A stretch of DNA of 64,000 bases from Obrimoposthia wandeli (lineage: Eukaryota), in assembly GCA_977020255.1 (NCBI GenBank), contig CDROCS010002422.1, positions 248,001 to 312,000 on the forward strand, given 5' to 3'. Both the position numbers and the translations under genes were made by a program. Below are positions 40,971 to 50,493 of this stretch, one piece after another. Every line of letters starts with the position of its first letter. Position 1 is the first letter of the stretch. Below the pieces are notes generated by a model. It searched no databases, had not been told where the DNA came from, and was given only the letters and a program-made list of their open reading frames with translations.

Positions 40971-42038
40971 GTGTTGAAAAAAATAGTAGTGTATAGTGCA
41001 GTGAAATTTAACGGCGCTGTATTAGATTGGTTTGATGAAAACGGTCGCCATAATCTGCCATGGCAGCAACATAAAACCGCTTACCACACTTGGATTTCTG
41101 AGATAATGTTACAACAGACCCAAGTCAGCACTGTTATTCCTTACTACCAACGCTTTGTTGCACGCTTCCCCGATATTTTCAGCTTAGCTTCTGCAGAAAT
41201 TGATGAAGTGCTGCATTTATGGACAGGCTTAGGTTACTACGCTCGTGCGCGCAATTTGTATAAAGCAGCACATCAAGTGGTCGATCAATATAGCGGTGTG
41301 TTTCCCTTATCAGTGGATGAACTTGAAACCCTTTCAGGCATTGGTCGCTCGACTGCTGGAGCGGTTTTATCTATCTCTAGCAACAAACGCGCTCCGATAC
41401 TCGATGGTAACGTTAAAAGAGTATTAGCCCGCTTTTACGCAATAGAAGGCTGGACCGGCAAAACCGATATAACCAAACAGCTTTGGTTGCTTGCAGAGAA
41501 AAACACACCACACTCTAGAGCAGGGCAGTACACGCAAGCGATGATGGATATGGGTGCTACCTTATGCACCCGTAGCAAGCCTAAGTGTCCGCTGTGTCCT
41601 CTTCAAAGTGGCTGCTCGGCACTGGCCCAAGATAGAGTTAAAGACTTCCCTTACCCTAAGCCTAAAAAGGTAATCCCCACTAAACAAACTTACATGTTAC
41701 TCATCAGTAATGACCAGCATCAAACTTTGTTGTATCAAAGACCCCCTAGCGGTATTTGGGGAGGCTTGTGGAGTTTGCCGCAAACCGAAGATCTAAAAAA
41801 CAGTTCTACTGAGCTAGGGCTAAATTTAGATTTAAACAGCGCCTTTTATCTGGAACCTTTTCGTCACACCTTTAGTCATTTTCATTTAGATATAACCCCT
41901 GTACAGATCTCACTGAACGGTGAAAGCCACGAGATAATGGAAAGTGCTGCAACGCTCTGGTTTAACCCTGAACAAGCAAATATAATTGGTTTGCCAGCAC
42001 CGGTTAAAAAACTGCTACTAAGCTTAAGCGGCCAATAA
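40971..42038 (+). CDS. mutY: A/G-specific adenine glycosylase
   Basis: WISEIMLQQTQV, GLGYYARARNL, HhH LSGIGRSTAGA, LDGNVKRV, FCL CTRSKPKCPLCPLQSGC; exact start uncertain. Confidence 0.97.
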   Translation: MLKKIVVYSAVKFNGAVLDWFDENGRHNLPWQQHKTAYHTWISEIMLQQTQVSTVIPYYQRFVARFPDIFSLASAEIDEVLHLWTGLGYYARARNLYKAAHQVVDQYSGVFPLSVDELETLSGIGRSTAGAVLSISSNKRAPILDGNVKRVLARFYAIEGWTGKTDITKQLWLLAEKNTPHSRAGQYTQAMMDMGATLCTRSKPKCPLCPLQSGCSALAQDRVKDFPYPKPKKVIPTKQTYMLLISNDQHQTLLYQRPPSGIWGGLWSLPQTEDLKNSSTELGLNLDLNSAFYLEPFRHTFSHFHLDITPVQISLNGESHEIMESAATLWFNPEQANIIGLPAPVKKLLLSLSGQ

Positions 42039-42112
42039 ATCGCAGCTCAGTTAGCTGAACAGCCTTTAATGATTTAAACTACGCACAATTCATTCTTACA
42101 GCAGGTATTACT

Positions 42113-42379
42113 ATGCGCACTGTCACATGTATTAAATATAAAACAGAATTAGAAGGCCTAGACAGACCTCCCTACCCAGGTCCTAAAGGATTGACGATCT
42201 TCGAAACCATCTCGAAGAAAGCATGGATAGAATGGACTAACCATCAAACCATGATTATCAACGAAAAACATTTGAATATGATGGACCCCAATAGCCGCGT
42301 TTTCTTACTAGGGGAAATGGATAAATTCATGGCTGAAGATAACTACGCAAAAGTAGAAGGTTACGTACCTGAAAAGTAA
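42113..42379 (+). CDS. yggX: Oxidative-damage protection / Fe(II) trafficking protein
   Basis: [35 protein letters not shown]. Confidence 0.95.
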   Translation: MRTVTCIKYKTELEGLDRPPYPGPKGLTIFETISKKAWIEWTNHQTMIINEKHLNMMDPNSRVFLLGEMDKFMAEDNYAKVEGYVPEK

Positions 42380-42478
42380 CTACCTTTTATATTTTGCTTG
42401 AATATTGATTAGTTAATAAGCAATTTTTACGCTGAAATATGTTTTTTATAAAATAATCACTATTGAGCATTTTGTTTG

Positions 42479-42514
42479 TTGACACAACTTAAAGATAAAG
42501 GTTTAATACGCGCC
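42479..42514 (+). promoter_or_regulatory. Sigma70 stable-RNA promoter of tRNA-Phe
   Basis: TTGACA-17 bp-TTTAAT followed by the GC-rich discriminator ACGCGCC. Confidence 0.8.
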
Positions 42515-42555
42515 TCTTCAAGCAGTAACCATTTTGCTAGTTGAAATAAAGATTT

Positions 42556-42631
42556 GCCCGGATAGCTCAGTCGGTAGAGCAGAGGATTGAAAATCCTCGT
42601 GTCGGTGGTTCGATTCCGCCTCCGGGCACCA
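42556..42631 (+). tRNA. tRNA-Phe (GAA)
   Basis: 76-nt cloverleaf GCCCGGATAGCTCAGTCGGTAGAGC...GAGGATTGAAAATCCTC...GGTTCGATTCC...CCGGGCACCA with encoded CCA. Confidence 0.98.
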
Positions 42632-42642
42632 TCTTTAACAAT

Positions 42643-42670
42643 AAGCCTAGTTTAATAACTGGGCTTTTTT
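42643..42670 (+). terminator. Intrinsic terminator after tRNA-Phe
   Basis: AAGCCTAGTT-TAAT-AACTGGGCTTTTTT. Confidence 0.85.
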
Positions 42671-43067
42671 GTGCCTGAAATTTATAATATAAAGCTATTT
42701 ATTCAAAGCTTCAGCACACTGTTCATACAACTACGCAAACAAAGATATATGCTTCAATTACCCTACCATAACCATGACAATCGGCCCTAGTGACCATTCA
42801 CATCTAGCTCTGAATTATCCACGACTACGGCTAGTATAATTACTGATTTAATCAAAGACCTGAACTACGTTATCGTCATCATCAATAGCGAGCAAAGTGC
42901 AATATTTAATTGAAGGTAACGGCGCTCTTTAGTGAAAAGCCTGAGCGAAAATACAATCTGTTTAATAAGCATTCACTGCGTGTTTATAGATTAATCAACT
43001 GCCACTGAATTTATCTTTTATGTAATTTTTTAGCAGCTTTTTCATTAAATAGGGTTATAATATATTT

Positions 43068-43243
43068 ATCCCTGGGGTGTTTGACAGTTGGTGTAGTTCC
43101 TCGAGCCGATTTTTACCAACATGGGTGCTGTTTTGTGGTTATTGTGTGCATGTCCGTTTACGGAAAGCCTAATGTAACTCAGTAGCTCCCTCCTTGAACC
43201 CTCGGGTTCAGGACCAAAGCCAATACCGGCATCTTGGGGACCT
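43068..43243 (+). ncRNA. ssrS: 6S RNA
   Basis: TCCCTGGGGTGTT...CCTCGAGCCGAT...GTGTGCATGTCCG...ACGGAAAGCC...CCTTGAACC..CGGGTTCAGG...GGCATCTTGGGGA matches the gammaproteobacterial 6S pattern, with complementary termini. TATAAT at 43056-43061; ygfA downstream. Confidence 0.9.
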
Positions 43244-43339
43244 TTTTTCCTATCACTATTTCTTTATCGCCCTTAAAGCCTGCACTTATTACTTAATAAA
43301 CACTTTATTAACTCCTTTACAGCTTCCACTATAGCCCCT

Positions 43340-43549
43340 CTATAAAGAGCTTAGTACTCCAATAAATAAACCCTCTTTAATCGCTAAATGTATCATTTCA
43401 TCCACACTATTCACTTGCAGTTTATCCTTAATAGCCGAGATATTATTCGCGATAGTTTTATTGGATAAAAACAGTTTTTCTGAAATTTATTTGTAATTAA
43501 TTCTTCGCTAAAACAGCAAAAATATATCGAATTCTTTAGCGGTTAATGT
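43340..43549 (-). pseudogene. Decayed LuxR/NarL-type HTH regulator fragment
   Basis: Manual translation TLTAKEFDIFLLF*RRINYK*ISEKLFLSNKTIANNISAIKDKLQVNSVDEMIHLAIKEGLF: a LuxR HTH with two in-frame stops and no N-terminal domain. Confidence 0.8.
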
Positions 43550-43556
43550 TGTTAAA

Positions 43557-43778
43557 GTGATGGTAAATAGCCATGATTTAACTCAATACTGCTTAGGAAG
43601 CGCCCACAATACTAGCCAATATTTAAACAATATCAACCAAGCGGTTAGCAACATCCTGACCCGCGACACTCATATTGCAACAGCTTCTGAAGAGCAAAAC
43701 ATTGCTAACATCAATAGTGGTAGCGTCACTATTTTGAAAAAATCGCGAGACACTTCAAAACCAGCGCACTCGTGTTAG
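43557..43778 (+). pseudogene. Methyl-accepting chemotaxis protein C-terminal remnant
   Basis: LNNINQAVSNILTRDTHIATASEEQNIANIN matches the MCP tail pattern (I..AV..I..MN.QIATASEEQ); the rest of the receptor is absent. Confidence 0.65.
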
Positions 43779-43897
43779 CTTTTATGACTTTGCTTATCAC
43801 CAAAGGTGAGGCTAATGAGCGCCTTTTTTGTCATCCCAGTCATGTTATCTTTAGAGATTAATGTATTATCAGAGCATGATTAACCGCTGAGATAATA

Positions 43898-44509
43898 GTG
43901 ATGCCAAATTCAACCTCTATCGAACAATACAAAAAAGAGCTACGCCAACAAATGCGCCAAGAACGTAAAGCCTTATCATCTGCGCAGCAGCTGACTGCCG
44001 GAAATGCCCTTCTTGAGCATCTAAAAAGTATCGCCAGTTTTAATACCGCTAACAGCATAGCTTTGTATTTAACATCAGACGGCGAAATCGATCCTATTTC
44101 GGTGATTGAACATTGCTGGAGCTTAGGCAAGCGTGTGTATTTGCCCGTGCTAGATCCTGATAAACACAATCAATTGCTTTTTGTAGAATATCGCCAAGAT
44201 ACCCCAATGTGCTTTAACAAATATAAAATCAGTGAGCCGGCTACCCCGTATCAAAACACCATCAATGCTGATAAGTTAGATTTAGTACTATTACCGTTAG
44301 TGGCTTTTGATCAACAGGGTTCGCGAATGGGCATGGGGGGCGGTTATTATGATAGAAGCTTTGCCTTTATTAATACTCAGCAGCAGCCTTGTACGCCCGT
44401 GCTAATCGGCTTAGCCCATGCTTTGCAACAAGTGTCTAAATTGAATGTAGAAAGCTGGGATATACCGCTTACGGCGATCGTGACTGATGGCGAAATTCAT
44501 AACGCTTAA
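43898..44509 (+). CDS. ygfA: 5-formyltetrahydrofolate cyclo-ligase
   Basis: KKELRQQMRQER, DGEIDP, LDLVLLPLVAFDQQGSRMGMGGGYYDRSF, WDIPL. Confidence 0.95.
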   Translation: MMPNSTSIEQYKKELRQQMRQERKALSSAQQLTAGNALLEHLKSIASFNTANSIALYLTSDGEIDPISVIEHCWSLGKRVYLPVLDPDKHNQLLFVEYRQDTPMCFNKYKISEPATPYQNTINADKLDLVLLPLVAFDQQGSRMGMGGGYYDRSFAFINTQQQPCTPVLIGLAHALQQVSKLNVESWDIPLTAIVTDGEIHNA

Positions 44510-44560
44510 GCTCTAAACCAAGTTCTTGATTAAGCTTAATAGTAAGTATGATTTCGCTTA

Positions 44561-44590
44561 AAAGCCCAGCGCGTTTTGAACTGGGCTGTT
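44561..44590. terminator. Hairpin between convergent ygfA and the trans-sulfuration gene
   Basis: AAAGCCCAG-CGCGTTTTGAA-CTGGGCTGTT. Confidence 0.65.
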
Positions 44591-44598
44591 ACTTAGCT

Positions 44599-45759
44599 TT
44601 AACTAAAAACGCGTTCTAAAGCTTGTTCAACATCGTAAATCAAATCATCAGCATCTTCGATACCGATAGATAAACGCAGCAGTCTTTCATGCACAGGGAA
44701 ACCTTCACCTGATACTGTTTTGCGATGTTCAATTAAGCTTTCAACGCCTCCCAGAGACGTAGCTGGATAGAACACTTCACAAAAGCGGGTAACGTCAATA
44801 GCATTCTGCTCAGTACCTTTAATGATCAACGACATCATGCCACCAAATTGCCCATCTGTTTGGCGCTTTGCTATTTCATGCCCTGGATCTGAGGGTAGGC
44901 CTGGATAAAGCACCGCTTCAATGTGCTCATGCCCATGAAAGTGTTTGGCTATTTTCATGGTATTTGCACAAGCTTTTTCAACGCGTAAAAACAAAGTACG
45001 CATGCCACGGATTAATAACCATGCATCAAACGATGTAAGCGCTGTGCCTTGCAATTTGCGCACCCAGAAAATATCTTCCCAATATTGACCTGTTTCACGT
45101 ACCGATAACACACCAGCGGTGATATCTGAGTGGCCATTTAAATACTTAGTTGCCGAATGAAAAGAGATATCAGCACCGAGCTCTAAAGCGCGTGTCATGC
45201 AAGGTGGTGTTCCTGTGCAATCAGCCATCAACTTTGCGCCGTGGCTGTGTGCTATTTCAGCGGCCGCGGCAATATCGGTTACTTCCCAATTAGGGTTATT
45301 TGGAGTTTCAATCCACACTAGCTGTGTTTCATTTGGCTTCATTGCAGCGGCTAATTCAATCAAATTACCGGCAGTATAATAACTAACAGAAATGCGCTGT
45401 TTCGCAGCATATATTTGAATTTGCTGTAATACACCGTGATACATAACTTCGGGCACAACGACGTGCGCGCCGGTTGGTAAGTGCTCAATTACTGCCGTAC
45501 ACGCTGACATACCTGACGAAAATAATAGTGATTCGCTCGCATCTTCTAAATCGGCAATGATCGCTTCTGCATGAGCGGTGGTTTGGCTACCGTCTCTGCG
45601 ATACCAATAAGGTTTGCGCACTTCATAGTTTTCATCACGGGCATAAGTTGCTGTTGGTTGAATGGAAGGGACGACTGCGCCTGTTTCTGCTTCAACGAAG
45701 TGTAGTGCTTGCGAGATTCTGGTTACTTTAGAGAGCTTGCGTTTAGTTTTTTCTATCAT
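44599..45759 (-). CDS. PLP-dependent trans-sulfuration family enzyme (cystathionine gamma-synthase/lyase-like)
   Basis: FSSGMSA, IETPNNP, HSATKYLNGHSD (PLP-Lys), SLGGVESLIEH, LLRLSIGIED; ATG at 45759 preferred. Confidence 0.9.
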   Translation of the reverse strand: MIEKTKRKLSKVTRISQALHFVEAETGAVVPSIQPTATYARDENYEVRKPYWYRRDGSQTTAHAEAIIADLEDASESLLFSSGMSACTAVIEHLPTGAHVVVPEVMYHGVLQQIQIYAAKQRISVSYYTAGNLIELAAAMKPNETQLVWIETPNNPNWEVTDIAAAAEIAHSHGAKLMADCTGTPPCMTRALELGADISFHSATKYLNGHSDITAGVLSVRETGQYWEDIFWVRKLQGTALTSFDAWLLIRGMRTLFLRVEKACANTMKIAKHFHGHEHIEAVLYPGLPSDPGHEIAKRQTDGQFGGMMSLIIKGTEQNAIDVTRFCEVFYPATSLGGVESLIEHRKTVSGEGFPVHERLLRLSIGIEDADDLIYDVEQALERVFS

Positions 45760-45940
45760 GAGAATGCTTATCCTAAGTGAATGCCAGCGATTGATTGGTG
45801 ATGTGTTGCGTTGTAGATGCTTAGCGTTTTTATAACCTGCCAAAGCTTGCGCGCAAAAAGCCCAATCAATCAGTGCTTGTTATTCGTTACTTGTATATGA
45901 TTTCAGTAATTTGAAGTCATAGTCAAATGAGGAATTACTC

Positions 45941-46861
45941 ATGACCTTTGGTCAGTTACAAATATTTGCCACCGTTGCAGAAGCCAAAGGTTTTACCGGT
46001 GCTGCGCAGCGCTTAGGTATTAGCCAATCAGCTGTATCGCATGCGATAAAAAGTTTAGAAAAAGAGCTCAATGCAGTGCTTATTTTGCGCAGTTCTGTGC
46101 AAGTAGAGCTTACCGAATTAGGTGCGCGTTTATTGTCTCGTGCTAGGGAAATGCTGAGCCTTCAAGAATTAATGCGCCAAGAAGCGGCGGATTTTCGCGG
46201 TGTTCAATTAGGTAGTGTACGTATTGGCTCTTTTGGTTTAACTTCTTCTTTGCACATTTTGCCCACTATTCTCAATCAGTTTAGAAATCAATATCCGGAT
46301 ATCGATGTATATATAGAAGAAGGGCCTGATGAAGAGGTAATTCAATGGGTGCAAGAACGCCGTGTTGATATTGGCTTTATAGTATTGCCGGATGAGCGTT
46401 TTATTACTCATGAATTACTCAAAGACAGATTTGTGGCACTGGTGCCTAAAGCGAGCGATTTAGCTGATAACGCCAGTATCACGCTTAAACAGCTGTGCGA
46501 GCGCCCGTTTATTATGACCGAAGCTGATAGTGCCGGTATTATTGGAGGCTTATTCAAAAGTGCTGGGGTACGTCCTAAAACACAGTTTAGAACATCACAA
46601 GTGCTGAGTACGCTAGCGATGGTCAGCGCCAATGAAGGTTTGGCAATTGTTGCTGAAATGGCCTTACCTAATGCACATCACACTATTATTGATGAGCACC
46701 CTCATGCGGGACATCAGGGGATTAAAGGATATATAGTTAAACCATTAGAGCAAGTTAAAGAACGTAGTATTGGTTTAGCATTGCACAGTGATGGGCAGGC
46801 ATCTCCTGCGGCAAAGGCTTTTATCGCCACCGCACTGGCAGTAACTGCTGCTAATCGTTAA
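45941..46861 (+). CDS. LysR family transcriptional regulator
   Basis: FTGAAQRLGISQSAVSHAIKSLE HTH and substrate-binding domain; divergent from the PLP enzyme. Confidence 0.93.
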   Translation: MTFGQLQIFATVAEAKGFTGAAQRLGISQSAVSHAIKSLEKELNAVLILRSSVQVELTELGARLLSRAREMLSLQELMRQEAADFRGVQLGSVRIGSFGLTSSLHILPTILNQFRNQYPDIDVYIEEGPDEEVIQWVQERRVDIGFIVLPDERFITHELLKDRFVALVPKASDLADNASITLKQLCERPFIMTEADSAGIIGGLFKSAGVRPKTQFRTSQVLSTLAMVSANEGLAIVAEMALPNAHHTIIDEHPHAGHQGIKGYIVKPLEQVKERSIGLALHSDGQASPAAKAFIATALAVTAANR

Positions 46862-46863
46862 TA

Positions 46864-47754
46864 CTAACGGGTGAGTATAGATCTTAATATAGGCCTTAAG
46901 ATCGCGCTAATTTGCCGCCCTTGTTGCGTTGCCATACGATGACACACAGTAGCTATAGGCTCTTCAACAACATGCATACCAATACTAGTTGCATGAATTA
47001 GATGGGTCGCGCTGGATACAATAGCAACGTGCCCTGGCCAGTATATTAAATCGCCTTTTTGTACTTGTTCAATAGCAATTTTTTCAGTGCTAAAACTTGG
47101 TGTAAAGCGTTGTTGTAAAACGCTATCTCGCGGTAAATGACAACCACTTAGCTCATAACACAATTGCACTAGTGATGAGCAATCACAACCCCAGCCTGAA
47201 CGCCCACCCCATAGGTAACTTTGGCCGATGAACTGCCTAGCTAGCGCCACTGGATCCTGATGAGGTTGCCCGTCTAATAACACGTGTCCACTGTGAATCC
47301 AACCTTGTAGCGGGGGTGAATAAAGGTATTCAGCTGTGCTTAGCTCTACTTCAACTTGTGCGCCAAACGGTAGCTGCCACAACATAACAGCCTTCATATG
47401 AGGCTCGCTATACAACGCAGTCGATAATTTACAAACCTTGGCATTGGGGGTATAACTAGGCGCTTTTATAGTGGGGCTATATAAATAGCCGACGTAATCA
47501 TCACGCCGACTTTGCACTAAGTGCCAGTGTTGTTCACTACCATCAGCGCTAAGCTTGGGCTCTAGTGAATAAGTGTCGCAAGTATCAAAAGTATCAAAAA
47601 TTTCGCCCAATAATAACTGGCTAATCTGCACAGCTTGTTTATTAGGTGCTTGATAAAGAGGTGTTCGACTATGATGCACTTGCCCAGTACTAACTACCTC
47701 ACTGTTCGGTGTGGTAACTGTGTGCTCAAGCCCTGCAAAAAAGTGCTTAATCAT
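46864..47754 (-). CDS. NlpC/P60 cysteine peptidase with SH3-like N-terminal domains (YkfC/dipeptidyl-peptidase VI-like), no signal peptide
   Basis: YLWGGRSGWGCDCSSLVQ (Cys), GDLIYWPGHVAI (His), LIHA; SH3b-like SQLLLGE...W.LVQ..DDYVGY. Confidence 0.88.
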   Translation of the reverse strand: MIKHFFAGLEHTVTTPNSEVVSTGQVHHSRTPLYQAPNKQAVQISQLLLGEIFDTFDTCDTYSLEPKLSADGSEQHWHLVQSRRDDYVGYLYSPTIKAPSYTPNAKVCKLSTALYSEPHMKAVMLWQLPFGAQVEVELSTAEYLYSPPLQGWIHSGHVLLDGQPHQDPVALARQFIGQSYLWGGRSGWGCDCSSLVQLCYELSGCHLPRDSVLQQRFTPSFSTEKIAIEQVQKGDLIYWPGHVAIVSSATHLIHATSIGMHVVEEPIATVCHRMATQQGRQISAILRPILRSILTR

Positions 47755-48613
47755 GATCTATAAATTGTTCTACAACTGCACGATCATAGCCTTTTGAGGC
47801 CAAGTTAAGCTGCTGAGTATAAGGGTGCTGCGCATGTGTTTCCCCCTTACTGTTTACATCAAGCAATTCAACTAATTTGCCATGTTGCATCACCGCTATA
47901 TGATCGCACATATAAGAAACAACCGCTAAATCGTGGCTCACTAGTAAATAAGTAAGTGACAATTCATCACGTAAACGTGAGAGTAGATTGAGTATCTCAG
48001 CTTGTATTGATACATCTAACGCTGAAGTAGGCTCATCTAGTAGTAATATTTTTGGCTCTAAAATTAACGCTCTGGCGATAGCCACGCGCTGGCGCTGGCC
48101 GCCTGATAACTGGTGAGGGTAGCGGAACCTAAACTCATTTGGCAGCGCAACTTGCTCCATAATATTGGCAATTCTGCTATCAGCATTTTTTAAGCCATGG
48201 ATCGCCAATGGCTCTGCAAGGATCTTGTCAATGGTATGCCGTGGATGTAAGGATGCATAGGGGTCTTGAAACACCATCTGTACTTTTTTATAGAATGCTT
48301 TATCACGCTCGTTCGTCAGAGCTTCGCCTTGTACCAGCATACTACCACCAGCACTACTGTTTAATCCGGCCAGTGCGCGTAATATCGTGGATTTACCCGA
48401 TCCTGATTCTCCAACGAGGCCGAAAGACTGCTGCGCAGGCACAGCAAAAGAGACGTGGTCTACCGCTTTTACTAACTCTTCGCCGCTGCCAAAGTGTATT
48501 GATAAATTTTTAATTTCTATGGCGGTAGTGCCGGACTGCTGACTTGCTTGCTGTTCCGTTTGCTGCTTATTAAGCATATCTTTTGCTGTCGCACTATTTT
48601 CTGCCAAACTCAT
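47747..48613 (-). CDS. Peptide ABC transporter ATP-binding protein (DppF-like)
   Basis: GESGSGKST, QMVFQDPYASL, LSGGQRQR, LDEPTSALD. Confidence 0.93.
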   Translation of the reverse strand: MSLAENSATAKDMLNKQQTEQQASQQSGTTAIEIKNLSIHFGSGEELVKAVDHVSFAVPAQQSFGLVGESGSGKSTILRALAGLNSSAGGSMLVQGEALTNERDKAFYKKVQMVFQDPYASLHPRHTIDKILAEPLAIHGLKNADSRIANIMEQVALPNEFRFRYPHQLSGGQRQRVAIARALILEPKILLLDEPTSALDVSIQAEILNLLSRLRDELSLTYLLVSHDLAVVSYMCDHIAVMQHGKLVELLDVNSKGETHAQHPYTQQLNLASKGYDRAVVEQFIDHD

Positions 48614-49509
48614 ACTAAATTACCTTGCTCATCTAAAGATGCATGCAGCCAGCTTTCATCGCGTTGCAACGTTGCTAACGGCTGCCCTTTTACCGCGTTA
48701 CTCGGTAAACATGACAACAAACCACGGGTGTAAGGATGCTTAGCATTTTCTAACTCCCCCGCGGCTATTTCTTCAACAATACGCCCAGCATACATCACTA
48801 AAATTCTATCGCAAAAGCTCGCCACTAATGGCAAATCATGGGAAATCAAAATAAGCCCCATGCCGCGCTCTTTGACTAAATCATCCATTATCGCCAGCAC
48901 TTGCAGCTGCACAGTTACATCTAGTGCTGAGGTTGGCTCATCGGCAATCAATAAATCAGGGCTAGATAGCAGCATCATCGCAATCATAATACGCTGCCCC
49001 ATCCCCCCTGAAACCTCATGTGGATAGGTATTAAATACCCGCTGTGGATTTCTAATGCGCACCGCTTCCAACATATCTAGGCAGCGCTGCATTGCTTGTT
49101 TTTTTGATACTTTCATTTGTATTTGGCAAGCTTCGATCATCTGCTTGCCCACCGTCATCACGGGATTAAGCGAATATTTAGGATCTTGCATCACCATGGA
49201 TATGCGCTTGCCGCGAATTTCACGATAAGCGCGTGTTGATAGTTGCTGTAAATTAGTACCATCAAAAATCAGTTTATCAGCCGTAACATTACCGGGGCTT
49301 AGCCCTAATATCGCACGCCCTGTTTGAGACTTCCCCGATCCCGACTCACCTACGATGGCGATCTTTTCGCGCCCCATACTAAATGAAATATCGCGTACCG
49401 CCTTAATAGGGCCATGCACTGAAGAGAAGGCTACCGATAAATTTTCGACTTCTAGAAGCAGCTCACTATGCGCTTGGTTATTTTCTGAATTATTAGCTAA
49501 GTCGCTCAT
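48610..49509 (-). CDS. Peptide ABC transporter ATP-binding protein (DppD-like)
   Basis: GESGSGKS, YPHEVSGGMGQR, ADEPTSALDV, HPYTRGLL. Confidence 0.93.
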   Translation of the reverse strand: MSDLANNSENNQAHSELLLEVENLSVAFSSVHGPIKAVRDISFSMGREKIAIVGESGSGKSQTGRAILGLSPGNVTADKLIFDGTNLQQLSTRAYREIRGKRISMVMQDPKYSLNPVMTVGKQMIEACQIQMKVSKKQAMQRCLDMLEAVRIRNPQRVFNTYPHEVSGGMGQRIMIAMMLLSSPDLLIADEPTSALDVTVQLQVLAIMDDLVKERGMGLILISHDLPLVASFCDRILVMYAGRIVEEIAAGELENAKHPYTRGLLSCLPSNAVKGQPLATLQRDESWLHASLDEQGNLV

Positions 49510-50429
49510 TAGTGCTGCCCTCCAGATTTAGGATCAAGCACATCGCGTAAACCATCACCCAGAAAGTTAAAACCTAATGCCACCACAAAAATAGCTAGGC
49601 CCGGGAAAGTTGCCAACCACCAATAACTTAATATGTAATCGCGCCCTTCAGCAATCATTGCTCCCCATTCCGGAGTCGGTGGTTGTGCACCTAAACCTAA
49701 AAAACCCAATCCTGCTGCGGTTAAAATAATGCCCGCCATATCTAACGTGACGCGCACAATTAACGAAGATAAGCACAGTGGCATAATATGGCCTGATATC
49801 AAACGCCAATGCCCAGCGCCTTGTAGCTTAGCAGCAGCCAAATAATCCGTGTTTCTTATGGTGAGTGTTTCAGCTCTGGCTAAACGCGCATAAGCAGGCC
49901 AAGAGGTAATCGCTATCGCAAAAATGGCCGATTCTAAACCTCGCCCTAAAGCAGCCGCCAACGCTAAAGCTAACACTAGTTTTGGAAAGGCTAAAAACAC
50001 ATCGGTGATACGCATTAATACTACATCAACCCAGCCACCGAAATATCCAGAGACAGTGCCGATCACAAAACCCAAAATAGGCGCGGTAAAAATAACAATA
50101 CCCACAATCAGTAACGTAATGCGGCTACCCATAACAATACGACTAAACACATCATTCGCCTGGCCATCGGTGCCAAACAAGTGAGTAGTAGATGGGGGTA
50201 AAAATCTATTGGCTTTTAGCTCGTCTCCCGTTAACCCACTGGTAATGCCTTCCGGTGCGATATAAGGGGCAAATAATGCCATTAATAGTAAAATACTAAC
50301 AATCACAAACCCGATCATCGCCAAAGGGTTATGATAAAAACGGCGCCAGCCTAAATAGGCTCTTCCACAGGCCGCTTGCGCTCTTGAATCTGGGCTCTGT
50401 GCCAGCAACCAACTCTTTAACTCACTCAT
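49509..50429 (-). CDS. Peptide ABC transporter permease (DppC-like)
   Basis: HLFGTD, DVFSR, EAA-like loop YLAAAKLQG, LGFLGLGAQPPTPEWG, GDGLRDVLDP. Confidence 0.93.
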   Translation of the reverse strand: MSELKSWLLAQSPDSRAQAACGRAYLGWRRFYHNPLAMIGFVIVSILLLMALFAPYIAPEGITSGLTGDELKANRFLPPSTTHLFGTDGQANDVFSRIVMGSRITLLIVGIVIFTAPILGFVIGTVSGYFGGWVDVVLMRITDVFLAFPKLVLALALAAALGRGLESAIFAIAITSWPAYARLARAETLTIRNTDYLAAAKLQGAGHWRLISGHIMPLCLSSLIVRVTLDMAGIILTAAGLGFLGLGAQPPTPEWGAMIAEGRDYILSYWWLATFPGLAIFVVALGFNFLGDGLRDVLDPKSGGQH

Positions 50430-50493
50430 TCAATACCTTCTACCTAATATTTGACCGTTGATTATTGTGAGACTAATGCTATTAAAGAGCATG

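Noticed and set aside
42848-42900. Minus-strand LLAIDDDDNVVQVF resembling the start of a receiver domain
   Set aside because: Too short, followed by a stop, and no downstream phospho-Asp or Lys motifs; could be chance.
43795-43835. CACCAAAGGTG hairpin as a glycine riboswitch fragment
   Set aside because: The other conserved aptamer elements are missing and the downstream gene is unrelated.
42556-44509. Intact integrative element or prophage at tRNA-Phe
   Set aside because: No integrase gene and no duplicated tRNA 3' end found in the window.
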